In this document: positions 17,751-26,525 of the stretch, one piece after another
How the letters are laid out: each line of letters begins with the position of its first letter
How positions within the stretch are numbered: the stretch's first letter is position 1
Origin: Bacteroidia bacterium
Lineage (GTDB): Bacteria; Bacteroidota; Bacteroidia; M30B66
Length of the DNA stretch: 64,000 nt
NCBI GenBank assembly: GCA_965279035.1
Contig: OZ257142.1
Location: 2,528,001 to 2,592,000 of the forward strand
Direction of reading: 5' to 3'
Notes under the pieces: generated by a model
Seen by the model: the letters and a program-made list of their open reading frames with translations, nothing else
The model's database searches: none
What the model was told of the DNA's origin: nothing
Position numbers and translations under genes: made by a program

Positions 17751-19616
17751 ATGGAATTTAATAGCTCCGATCAATTTAATGAAGATGCAAATAGTATTTC
17801 CAATGCCTTAATGGGTATTATTAACTCAACTACTGATTTGATATGGTCGGTCAATTCTCAATTTTGCTATACCTATTTTAACGATCGTTTTAGAGAATAT
17901 TTGATTTCTAATTACAATACAATTCCTGAAATTGGAAATAAAATAATATCAGCCTCTTCCGATTTACCTGAATTAAAGTACTTATTTAAAATGATTCAGA
18001 AGGGATTTGAAGGGGAGTTTCTATATGAAGAAATATCATTACCCCATTTAGTAGCTCAGGTCAATGTTAATCCAATTTTTAATGAAAAAAAAGAAATCAT
18101 TGGGTCAGCAATATATTGTAGAGATATAACAATCAGCAAGATCAATGAATTAAAACTAAAAGAAAGTGAAAACCGATACAAAGATGTTATTGAAAGTGTC
18201 CACGAAATTATTTTTCAAACAGATATTGTAGGCAATTGGTCATTTTTGAATAAATCATGGGAACGCGTTTTCGGGTTTAAAGTTGAAGACTGTTTAGGTA
18301 AGCCCTTTTTTGGCTTTTTACATCCTGATGACGTTCAAAAAAACATGGATTTATTTGAACCACTCATTCAACGGAAAAAGAATTTCTGTGACCATGAAAT
18401 TCGATATATCACTTCGACTGGAAAAGTTCTCAATATTCGAGTTTATGCAGTCATCCGATTGAACGAATCGGATGAAATTATTGGAACAAGTGGTACACTT
18501 CAAGATATTACGGAACAAAAACGGAATAAAGAGATGTATCAATTATTATCCGAAAATGTGCGCGATTTAATTGTACTTCATACAATGGCTGGGAATATTT
18601 CCTATATAACTCCATCGTGTTACACGCTATTAGGCTACCATAGTGATGAATTAATTGGGACAAATCCATTCAATTTAGTTCATCCAGATGATATAAGAAA
18701 TATTCAATTATTGCAACAAAGTATTATTGATGGTGGGAATCAAAATACCTTAATCTCATATCGATTTAAACATAAAAATGGAACTTATCATTGGCTTGAA
18801 ACAAATTCAAAACTAATGACTGATTCTCAAGGGAATCCATCTGGAATTATTGCTTCATCACGCATTGTTGATGAACGAAAAAAATTGGAAGAAAATCTTA
18901 TTGAATCTTTAGTGAAAGAAAAAGAATTAAATGAATTAAAATCACGATTCGTGAGTATGGCCTCTCATGAGTTCCGAACTCCAATGGCAACAATTAAATC
19001 AAGTACCGAAATTCTTGAAATCCGAATTAAGGAACTAAAAAATGAAACAACTGTTGAATCATTTAATAAACACTTGCAAATAATAAATTCTGAAATTGAT
19101 CGCTTGACTTTTTTAATGAATGATGTGTTATTACTTGGTAAAATCGAAGCTGATAAGGTTGTATTTAAACCTGAATCAACAAACGTGATCGAACTTATTC
19201 AAGATATTATTAAAAGACAAGAGAACAAACAAACTGATGGTCGAAAAATTATATTTGAATTTACAGGAAAACCACATCATGTAATGATTGATCCTTCACA
19301 ATTCAATCACATTTTAGATAATTTAATTTCGAATGCTTATAAATATTCGATAGGAGAAAAATCACCCGAATTGACTTTGCATTTTAAAAACAAATCAATT
19401 AAACTAGAATTAAGGGATTATGGAATTGGGGTTCCGAAAGAAGAAGAAAAACAACTATTTGTATCTTTCTTCAGAGCAAGAAATGCCGATATTATTCAAG
19501 GTACCGGACTCGGACTAGTCATTGTCAAAAACTTTGTAACAATGCATGGAGGCAAAATCACATTTCAATCCGAAAACATCAAAGGGACAATTTTCACTGT
19601 TGAATTACCCTATTAA
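17751..19616 (+). CDS. Cytoplasmic multi-PAS sensor histidine kinase
   Basis: Three PAS/PAC-like repeats (HPDD motifs), SHEFRTP H-box, NLISNAYKYS, DYGIG, GTGLGL; no TM. Confidence 0.92.
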   Translation: MEFNSSDQFNEDANSISNALMGIINSTTDLIWSVNSQFCYTYFNDRFREYLISNYNTIPEIGNKIISASSDLPELKYLFKMIQKGFEGEFLYEEISLPHLVAQVNVNPIFNEKKEIIGSAIYCRDITISKINELKLKESENRYKDVIESVHEIIFQTDIVGNWSFLNKSWERVFGFKVEDCLGKPFFGFLHPDDVQKNMDLFEPLIQRKKNFCDHEIRYITSTGKVLNIRVYAVIRLNESDEIIGTSGTLQDITEQKRNKEMYQLLSENVRDLIVLHTMAGNISYITPSCYTLLGYHSDELIGTNPFNLVHPDDIRNIQLLQQSIIDGGNQNTLISYRFKHKNGTYHWLETNSKLMTDSQGNPSGIIASSRIVDERKKLEENLIESLVKEKELNELKSRFVSMASHEFRTPMATIKSSTEILEIRIKELKNETTVESFNKHLQIINSEIDRLTFLMNDVLLLGKIEADKVVFKPESTNVIELIQDIIKRQENKQTDGRKIIFEFTGKPHHVMIDPSQFNHILDNLISNAYKYSIGEKSPELTLHFKNKSIKLELRDYGIGVPKEEEKQLFVSFFRARNADIIQGTGLGLVIVKNFVTMHGGKITFQSENIKGTIFTVELPY

Positions 19617-20374
19617 TTCGTTTGAGAAATTTCGCTAGAACTTGCTCCGAGCACCTTTCCAGTATTGGAATCTTGAAGCCATAGAATTAGTTTCAATTTC
19701 TTAGTTGATAGCTCAATTGGCAAATTCAGGTAAACATTCCCACTTCGTTTATCAGTCGACATACTCATATAACTCCGGACAGTATTTCGACTAATCATCA
19801 ATTTCCCAGCGTTTTCTCCCGATTGAATTGTACTCGTATCGCGATCACTTACTAATGCAGCATTTAAAATTTGCAATAAACTATCAGATCGTTCAAAATG
19901 AAAAAGAACTCTATTTTCTTTTATCCGAATTGCACTTAACGCAATCTCTTCGTTGAATTTACCCTTTGAGCTGGCCAACAATTCTCTCTTCAATCGGGCT
20001 CCATTTGTTCCTGGAAACCCACTTTCACCATTGATAAATAACTCAGGTGTATACAGGTCTTTAGATTTATTAAGTTGAACATAGTGATTTTGTCTTTCCG
20101 TGTATTTCGCTTTACTTAACGGATCAACCCATCCACGTTCATTCCAATAATCAACATGAAAACTTAACAAAATAAAATTAGATTCTAAAAAACTTGTATC
20201 TCGGTATAATTCATCAATTAGTTGATCTGCTATAAAACAGTTTGAACATCCTTGAGAAGTATAGAGTTCAATAATAGCGAAAGGTGTAGATTGAGGTATT
20301 TGAGATTTTAAGTTCGTAACACTACAAATCAACAATAAAATGAATAACACAAATAGGGTATAGCATCTAGTCAT
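19613..20374 (-). CDS. DUF1223 family secreted thioredoxin-like protein
   Basis: IELYTSQGCSNC, FHVDYWN..GWVDP, YTPE, GENAG motifs; signal peptide. Confidence 0.88.
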   Translation of the reverse strand: MTRCYTLFVLFILLLICSVTNLKSQIPQSTPFAIIELYTSQGCSNCFIADQLIDELYRDTSFLESNFILLSFHVDYWNERGWVDPLSKAKYTERQNHYVQLNKSKDLYTPELFINGESGFPGTNGARLKRELLASSKGKFNEEIALSAIRIKENRVLFHFERSDSLLQILNAALVSDRDTSTIQSGENAGKLMISRNTVRSYMSMSTDKRSGNVYLNLPIELSTKKLKLILWLQDSNTGKVLGASSSEISQTN

Positions 20375-21017
20375 TTAATCGAATAATTTTATTTTTCAAT
20401 GCATAAAATACCAGTCCAATTCGAGATTGAATTTTCAACTTTGTAAAGATTGAATCTCTATATCCATCAATGGTTCGAATACTTACAATCATTTTATCTG
20501 CAATTTCCTTATAACTTAATTCGGAAGCTGCTAAAACAAGAAAATCAAGTTCCCTTTTTGATAGTTTCGTAGATTTTTCAACTACTTCAGTATTGAATTG
20601 CAACGAAGCAGCCCTTCCAGCAATGTTCTCTGAATAATAAAATTCATCTTCTAAAACAGCTTGAATCCCTTTTACCAATTCATCTGGTTCACAGTCTTTC
20701 AACAGATATCCTTTCGCACCAGCTTTTATCATTCGTATCACTGAGCTATCATTATCCATCATTGATAATGCAAGTACTTTTACATTTAATCCTAAATTAT
20801 GGATCTGTTGCATAGTAGATACACCATCGAGAATTGGCATATTTACATCTAATAAAATAACATCAGGTAGTCTATTCTTTATAAGTTTCAATAATTCTGA
20901 TCCGTTGGACGCTTCTGCTATTACCTCAAATCCTCTATGATGTAAAATATGAATTAACCCTTTACGAACTAAAGAATGATCATCTGCAATTGCAATCTTA
21001 ACTTTTTCGAAAGACAT
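20367..21017 (-). CDS. NarL/LuxR-family DNA-binding response regulator
   Basis: IADDH, LLDVNMP..DG, GYLLK receiver; HTH YKEIADKM..SIRTIDGYRD; ATG at 21017. Confidence 0.93.
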   Translation of the reverse strand: MSFEKVKIAIADDHSLVRKGLIHILHHRGFEVIAEASNGSELLKLIKNRLPDVILLDVNMPILDGVSTMQQIHNLGLNVKVLALSMMDNDSSVIRMIKAGAKGYLLKDCEPDELVKGIQAVLEDEFYYSENIAGRAASLQFNTEVVEKSTKLSKRELDFLVLAASELSYKEIADKMIVSIRTIDGYRDSIFTKLKIQSRIGLVFYALKNKIIRLND

Positions 21018-21467
21018 ATTCAAAATTAATCAAATGGTAGGAAAAAAATACAAATTACTTCTATGTATCTCACCAAACTCATATAACACACTAATTTTTT
21101 TACTATTTATTTGATTGATGTATTGAAAATTCTATAGGAGATTTTAAATATTCTAAATCCAATCATTTACTAATCATCCTCTAATTTTCGCCCAAATAAC
21201 TATCTATTACAAAAATTAAATCCTAAATCAAATAAGTAAAATATGAATTTTGAATTTCCAAATTGTTGAATATTATTTGCCAATGAATATTTTGCACAAT
21301 TTGAATAACTGTATCTTATTTCAAATTAATTGCTACATATTATAGTACAATAGCTAGAAATTTTGGTATTTACTAAAATGCATCTGAGAAAAATACCGTT
21401 AAATAACCCCTCCCTCTGGGTCTTTTTACCCTTTTTTATTTCATAAAGCTGGTACATATTTGCAATA

Positions 21468-21634
21468 GAATATCATTGAGTCCTAACCCAATGTTTATTC
21501 TTTATAAGTGGTGTGCGTACTGCTTGTAATCAAACAAAAAACCGTGAAACATATATTCAAGGTTTTATAAAATACCAAAAGGTATCAATGCCAGGGATAG
21601 ATGGTTGAAACTTCCTTGGCATTGTTTTTTTTTT
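21468..21634 (+). ncRNA. Candidate small RNA (or small-peptide transcript)
   Basis: Near-consensus -7 element CATATTTG (21455-21462), strong intrinsic terminator at 21586-21634, no long ORF between. Confidence 0.4.
21586..21634 (+). terminator. Intrinsic terminator
   Basis: CAATGCCAGGGA / TCCTTGGCATTG 12-bp stem (one G:U) followed by T10. Confidence 0.8.
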
Positions 21635-21756
21635 AAATAACTCTAAGTAAAATTCATTGAGTTATCTTTATACCTTTTCATATTAGATAAATCATCAATT
21701 TTCTCTAATGTGATACATTATACTTTAGTGCTTTTAGTTTGTTTATCTATATACGA

Positions 21757-24009
21757 ATGGAATCCAATACTACATTAGAATTAATATACCGATTAGTCCA
21801 TTTTACCAATAAAAATATATTCATAACTGGTAAAGCAGGAACTGGAAAAACTACGCTACTAAAACAAATTACACAACAAACTCATAAACGATTTGCTATT
21901 GTTGCACCAACCGGTGTAGCTGCTATTCAGGCTGGAGGTGTGACCATACATTCGTTTTTTGGAATTCACCCACATACGTTCATCCCTTTCGGAAATATTC
22001 CAAATAATGCTTCAATTCCAATCGAATCGGCGTATAGTTTGAGTCGAACATTGAGAATCTCCCAAGAAAAAATCAATATTCTTCGTAGCATCGATTTACT
22101 CATCATCGATGAAATCAGCATGGTAAGATGCGATCTCCTCGATTCCATCGATACCGTTCTTAGAAAATATAAAAAACCAGAACTACCATTTGGTGGTGTT
22201 CAACTTTTATTGTTTGGCGATTTATTTCAATTACCTCCCGTTGTCAAAGAAGAAGAAGCACAAATTTTAACAAACTATTATCCCGGTTTTTATTTTTATG
22301 AAAGCAAAGCGCTTCAAAAAGCCGAATACAAACGAATTGAATTAACACATATCTACCGACAAACCGATCAACAATTCATTGAAATTTTAAATGAAATTCG
22401 ATTTGGTACTCTATCTGAAAATACCAACCGCCTACTGCAAAAAAAAATATCAAAACATAAATCTGATTTACCCGAAGGAACTATCACATTGACTACTCAC
22501 GTCAAAAAAGCAGATGAAATAAATACACATCAACTCAATCAACTAAAAGAAAAACAAATCGTTTTCGAAGCCAGTATTTCAGGTGAATTTCAGCCTTCCT
22601 CCTATCCTACCGAAGCCTCATTAAAGCTGAAAAAAGGTGCTCAGGTGATGTTCATCAAAAACGATAAAGAACGAAGATTCTATAATGGAAAAATTGGTAT
22701 TGTTGAACATTGGGAATTAGATGAAGATCTTGAAGTAATTTATGTTCGTTGCCCCGATCAAGCAAATTTAATTTGTGTAAGTCGTGAAACTTGGCGTAAC
22801 GTTAAATATTCGTTTGATCAAACAAAAAATGCAATTCAAGAAGACGAAAAAGGCGAGTTCTCCCAATTTCCTCTTCGTCTTGCATGGGCAATTACCATTC
22901 ATAAAAGCCAAGGATTAACCTTTGAAAAAGTAATCATCGATATTGAAAATCTATTTATTCCTGGACAATTTTATGTCGCAATGAGTCGCTGTAAAAGTTT
23001 GGATGGCATTTCATTCTTACACTCAATTTCAAATAGAGAATTAAAGCCCAATAGCGATATCATCCATTTCACCAATAATTTTCAGCCTCTCGAAAAAATA
23101 GTCGACCAATTAGCTGATGAGGAATTAGTCTATGCGTATTCTAAAAGCTTGAATGCCTTCGATTTCACCTGGCTTAAACCTCAGATTCGAGAAGCCCAAG
23201 ATGCACTCATTCCTTTTTTGAAATATTTAAATACTGAATCAAAAGAAAAAATTAAATCCCTCGAAGAATTTAATCAATCAATAACTGCTCATTCAAGAAA
23301 TTACAAACCTAAAATCGAACAATTATTTTATTCATTAAGCAAAGGGAATTTCATAACTGAAGAACTTATTAGATTTCCAAAAGGTGTAGATTACTTCTGC
23401 CACGAACTCATACATAATATCAGTGAACCTTTTCACCAAATTCTACAAGAATTAAAAGAAGTTCACAAAATTAAATCCTTATCCTCTTGCATCCACAAAA
23501 TAGATTCTCGTATAAAAGAAGCTATTCGTCAATTAATCGAATCCAAACTTTTACTACACACATGGATAAATCGAGGAGAAGTTTTGAGCATTAAACAAGC
23601 TTTAAATCAAAGTATTGAAGATGAATACTCGCTATTAAATAAACTAAATCAAGAGGTTCTTTCAGCTCAAATAAAAACCACTAAAACAAAAAATAAAAAG
23701 AAAGAAAAAACACCCAAAGGCAGCACTCAAAATTTATCATTCAAATTATTTAAACAAGGAATGAGTATTCAAGAAATTGCTTTAAACAGAGAACTAAAAT
23801 CAACAACCATTTATTCCCATTTAACAAAATACATTCAATCTGGAGAATTGAATATAAATGAAATTATCTCTGAAAATACAATCACTTCCATACAACTGGC
23901 AATTAAAAAATTCCCCAAAGACACGAAACTAGGACCTATATTATCAAGTCTTAATAAACAATTCGAAACAGATGAAATTAAATTAGTTTATGCTGATTTG
24001 TTCAAATAA
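21757..24009 (+). CDS. PIF1/RecD-like SF1B helicase with C-terminal helix-turn-helix domain
   Basis: GKAGTGKT, APTGVAA, IIDEISM, GDLFQLPPV, WAITIHKSQG, YVAMSR; C-terminal IQEIALNRELKSTTIYSHL. Confidence 0.92.
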   Translation: MESNTTLELIYRLVHFTNKNIFITGKAGTGKTTLLKQITQQTHKRFAIVAPTGVAAIQAGGVTIHSFFGIHPHTFIPFGNIPNNASIPIESAYSLSRTLRISQEKINILRSIDLLIIDEISMVRCDLLDSIDTVLRKYKKPELPFGGVQLLLFGDLFQLPPVVKEEEAQILTNYYPGFYFYESKALQKAEYKRIELTHIYRQTDQQFIEILNEIRFGTLSENTNRLLQKKISKHKSDLPEGTITLTTHVKKADEINTHQLNQLKEKQIVFEASISGEFQPSSYPTEASLKLKKGAQVMFIKNDKERRFYNGKIGIVEHWELDEDLEVIYVRCPDQANLICVSRETWRNVKYSFDQTKNAIQEDEKGEFSQFPLRLAWAITIHKSQGLTFEKVIIDIENLFIPGQFYVAMSRCKSLDGISFLHSISNRELKPNSDIIHFTNNFQPLEKIVDQLADEELVYAYSKSLNAFDFTWLKPQIREAQDALIPFLKYLNTESKEKIKSLEEFNQSITAHSRNYKPKIEQLFYSLSKGNFITEELIRFPKGVDYFCHELIHNISEPFHQILQELKEVHKIKSLSSCIHKIDSRIKEAIRQLIESKLLLHTWINRGEVLSIKQALNQSIEDEYSLLNKLNQEVLSAQIKTTKTKNKKKEKTPKGSTQNLSFKLFKQGMSIQEIALNRELKSTTIYSHLTKYIQSGELNINEIISENTITSIQLAIKKFPKDTKLGPILSSLNKQFETDEIKLVYADLFK

Positions 24010-24160
24010 ATTTTAAATTTTTTATTAATTTATCTCATCTCCCTTCTCTTAATTTTTTTCTTCCTTTAAATTTCCAATCAATTTCATCCATCTATTTTTG
24101 CTTTCTTTTTCTCACATTAAATTCTAATAATTTTAATTCCCTTTTTCTCACCTTTGCACA

Positions 24161-25147
24161 ATGCAAATAAATACACGCCGTCCTCGTCGTAATCGTCGTT
24201 CCGAAGCTGTTCGCAGCATGATTCAGGAAACACATCTCCATCCTTCACAACTCATTTTACCCTTTTTTCTTGTCAATGGTGAGAACCTTAAAATCGAAAT
24301 CGCTTCCATGCCCGGAGTATTTCGCTGGAGCATCGACTTAGCACTGAAAGAAGCTGCTCAATGTGTGCAATTAGGTATTCGAAATTTCATCCTTTTTCCT
24401 GCTATTGACGAATCAAAAAAAGACAAGTTTGCTACCTGGAGCTATCATCCCGATTGCTTCTACCTTAAAGCAATTCATGCTTTCAAATCGACATTACCAG
24501 AATGTTCAATAACTACCGATGTTGCTATGGATCCATACAGCAGCGATGGTCATGATGGTATTTATGAAAATGGAATTATTCTCAACGATGCAACTCTCGA
24601 AATTTTAGGAAAAATGTCGCTTGCGCAAGCTGCTGCTGGTGCCGATATCATTGGTCCTAGTGATATGATGGATGGACGAGTTGGCTACATTCGTCAAACC
24701 CTCGATGCTGCTGGTTTTACAGATGTGGCAATTATGAGTTACACCGCAAAATATGCATCCTGCTTTTATGGCCCTTTCCGCGATGCACTTGATTCTGCTC
24801 CAAAGCACGGCAACAAACTCACGTATCAAATGCATCCTGCAAATCGTCGCGAAGCACTCATCGAAGCCCAACTCGATACCGAAGAAGGCGCCGATTACCT
24901 CATGGTGAAACCCGCTTTGTCTTATCTCGACATCATTTCTGACCTCAAATCCAACAGTCAATTACCCATTGTAGCCTATAATATCAGTGGCGAATATTCG
25001 ATGATTAAAGCTGCTGCCGAAAAAGGTTGGATCGATGAAACTGCCGCTATGAACGAAGTTCTTACCTCGATCAAACGCGCCGGAGCCGATATCATCATCA
25101 CGTATTTCGCTCGTCAATTCGCCGAATTCTTTGTTAAGAAATCGTGA
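24161..25147 (+). CDS. hemB: Porphobilinogen synthase (ALA dehydratase)
   Basis: RPRRNR, DVAMDPYSSDGHDG, PSDMMDGRV, YGPFRDA, MVKPA. Confidence 0.97.
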   Translation: MQINTRRPRRNRRSEAVRSMIQETHLHPSQLILPFFLVNGENLKIEIASMPGVFRWSIDLALKEAAQCVQLGIRNFILFPAIDESKKDKFATWSYHPDCFYLKAIHAFKSTLPECSITTDVAMDPYSSDGHDGIYENGIILNDATLEILGKMSLAQAAAGADIIGPSDMMDGRVGYIRQTLDAAGFTDVAIMSYTAKYASCFYGPFRDALDSAPKHGNKLTYQMHPANRREALIEAQLDTEEGADYLMVKPALSYLDIISDLKSNSQLPIVAYNISGEYSMIKAAAEKGWIDETAAMNEVLTSIKRAGADIIITYFARQFAEFFVKKS

Positions 25148-25219
25148 ATCCCTTGACTCGTTCACGGATTTCAATACGAAGAAACTAACTTGCAAGCTCA
25201 ATTAGTTTTCGATTTCTAT

Positions 25220-25289
25220 GGGGCTTCCGCCGTTTTCGTTCCTCAAACGCCGTCAGGTGCTCGGCCATACACGGTATTTGCCTCGCCCC
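25220..25289. other. GC-rich structured intergenic element (repeat/MITE-like or RNA motif)
   Basis: 44/70 GC in an AT-rich context; closing stem GGGGC/GCCCC with two internal hairpins. Confidence 0.5.
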
Positions 25290-25328
25290 TTAAGCCATAA
25301 ATTCTTCTCTGTTTGCTTCTAAATTCTT

Positions 25329-26387
25329 ATGAAAAAAATCCTCCTTTTTAGTTCTGCTTGCTTGGTTCTGATACTGAGCTATACTGCCTGTAAGAATCAC
25401 CAAAAACAAAGTGCTAAGGGTAAAGCTTCCGCTTTTCGTGTCATGTTCTACAATGTCGAAAACCTTTACGACACAGTAGATGATCCCAACATCGATGATC
25501 AAGAATATCTTCCCGGCTCCGATCTGCAATGGACCAACGAACGCCTCGATGCAAAACTGAAAAACATCGCTCAAGTTATCCAAGCAGTCGGTGCTCAACA
25601 ACTTCTTCCCGATGTCATAGGCTTAGCTGAAATCGAAAACCGAACTGTCCTCGATTACCTACTCACTAAAACCGAATTATCCAAATTAGGTTACTCTATC
25701 GCCCATTTCGACTCTCCCGATAAACGCGGAATTGATGTAGCACTTCTTTATAGTAGCAGCCGATTCAAACCTTTAAAAATCAATAAATATCCTGTCATTT
25801 TCCCCGGTGACATGGAAAAACCAACGCGCGATATTCTCTATGTAAAAGGCGAACTTCCCAATAAATCAACCTTAAATATTTTGGTCAATCACTGGCCTAG
25901 CCGCAGCGGTGGACAAAAAGAAACCGAACCCAAACGAATCATCGCTGCTCAAACAGCAAAACGCGTTTGCGATTCCATCGCCTTTAACGACCGCAATGCC
26001 AATATTTTACTCATGGGCGATCTCAACGATTATCCAACTGATAAAAGTTTAACCGAAGCATTGGGCGCCCAAAACGACACGACAAATTCAACATCCCAAT
26101 TGTATAATTTAATGGGATGGCAAAAAGGCGAAAATGTTGGTTCGCATCCATACAAAGGTGAATGGGGATTTTTAGATCAAATCATTGTTTCGACATCTGT
26201 TATCAAAGGAGAAAAAGGCCTAAAAACCTATTTCAATCAAGCCAAAGCATTCCGTGCCGATTTCCTCATCGAGAAAAACGAGAAATTCAATAACTGGCAA
26301 ACCAAACGCACCTACGGCGGCAAAAACTACCTTGGTGGTTATAGCGACCATCTACCTGTTTTTGTGAATTTATATATGATTAATTAA
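25329..26387 (+). CDS. Endonuclease/exonuclease/phosphatase (EEP) family lipoprotein
   Basis: Lipobox YTAC; FYNVENLYD, GLAEIEN, NHWPSR, MGDLND, LDQI, GYSDHLPV. Confidence 0.92.
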   Translation: MKKILLFSSACLVLILSYTACKNHQKQSAKGKASAFRVMFYNVENLYDTVDDPNIDDQEYLPGSDLQWTNERLDAKLKNIAQVIQAVGAQQLLPDVIGLAEIENRTVLDYLLTKTELSKLGYSIAHFDSPDKRGIDVALLYSSSRFKPLKINKYPVIFPGDMEKPTRDILYVKGELPNKSTLNILVNHWPSRSGGQKETEPKRIIAAQTAKRVCDSIAFNDRNANILLMGDLNDYPTDKSLTEALGAQNDTTNSTSQLYNLMGWQKGENVGSHPYKGEWGFLDQIIVSTSVIKGEKGLKTYFNQAKAFRADFLIEKNEKFNNWQTKRTYGGKNYLGGYSDHLPVFVNLYMIN

Positions 26388-26525
26388 TGTGCTGGTGTGC
26401 TAATGTGTTAATGACCTATTAATCAACTTACCAGCATATCAGCCATCATCATCTAATCATCACATCATATAATCACCACATCATCTAATCATCACATCAT
26501 CTAATCAGCAAATCAGCACATCACC
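26387..26525. repeat. Bipartite degenerate octamer repeat (G/T-rich arm then C/A-rich arm)
   Basis: ATGTGCTG GTGTGCTA ATGTGTTA ATGACCTA, then nine ATCAnnnn octamers 26448-26519 up to the hutI ATG. Confidence 0.9.

Noticed and set aside
21024-21738. oriC or dif in the long AT-rich gap (mnmE is nearby)
   Set aside because: No cluster of TTATCCACA boxes and no TTATGTTAAAT XerD arm; TAATGT-GAT-ACATTA at 21706-21720 is only a short palindrome
21757-24009. Helicase as part of an anti-phage defence island
   Set aside because: Stand-alone PIF1-like helicase with HTH among housekeeping genes; no nuclease, methylase or other defence partner adjacent
25225-25262. Hammerhead ribozyme or TPP riboswitch on the minus strand (CTGACGGC...GAAA; ACCTGA)
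   Set aside because: Core does not fit CUGANGA spacing and no convincing stems I/III; TPP hallmark UGAGA missing
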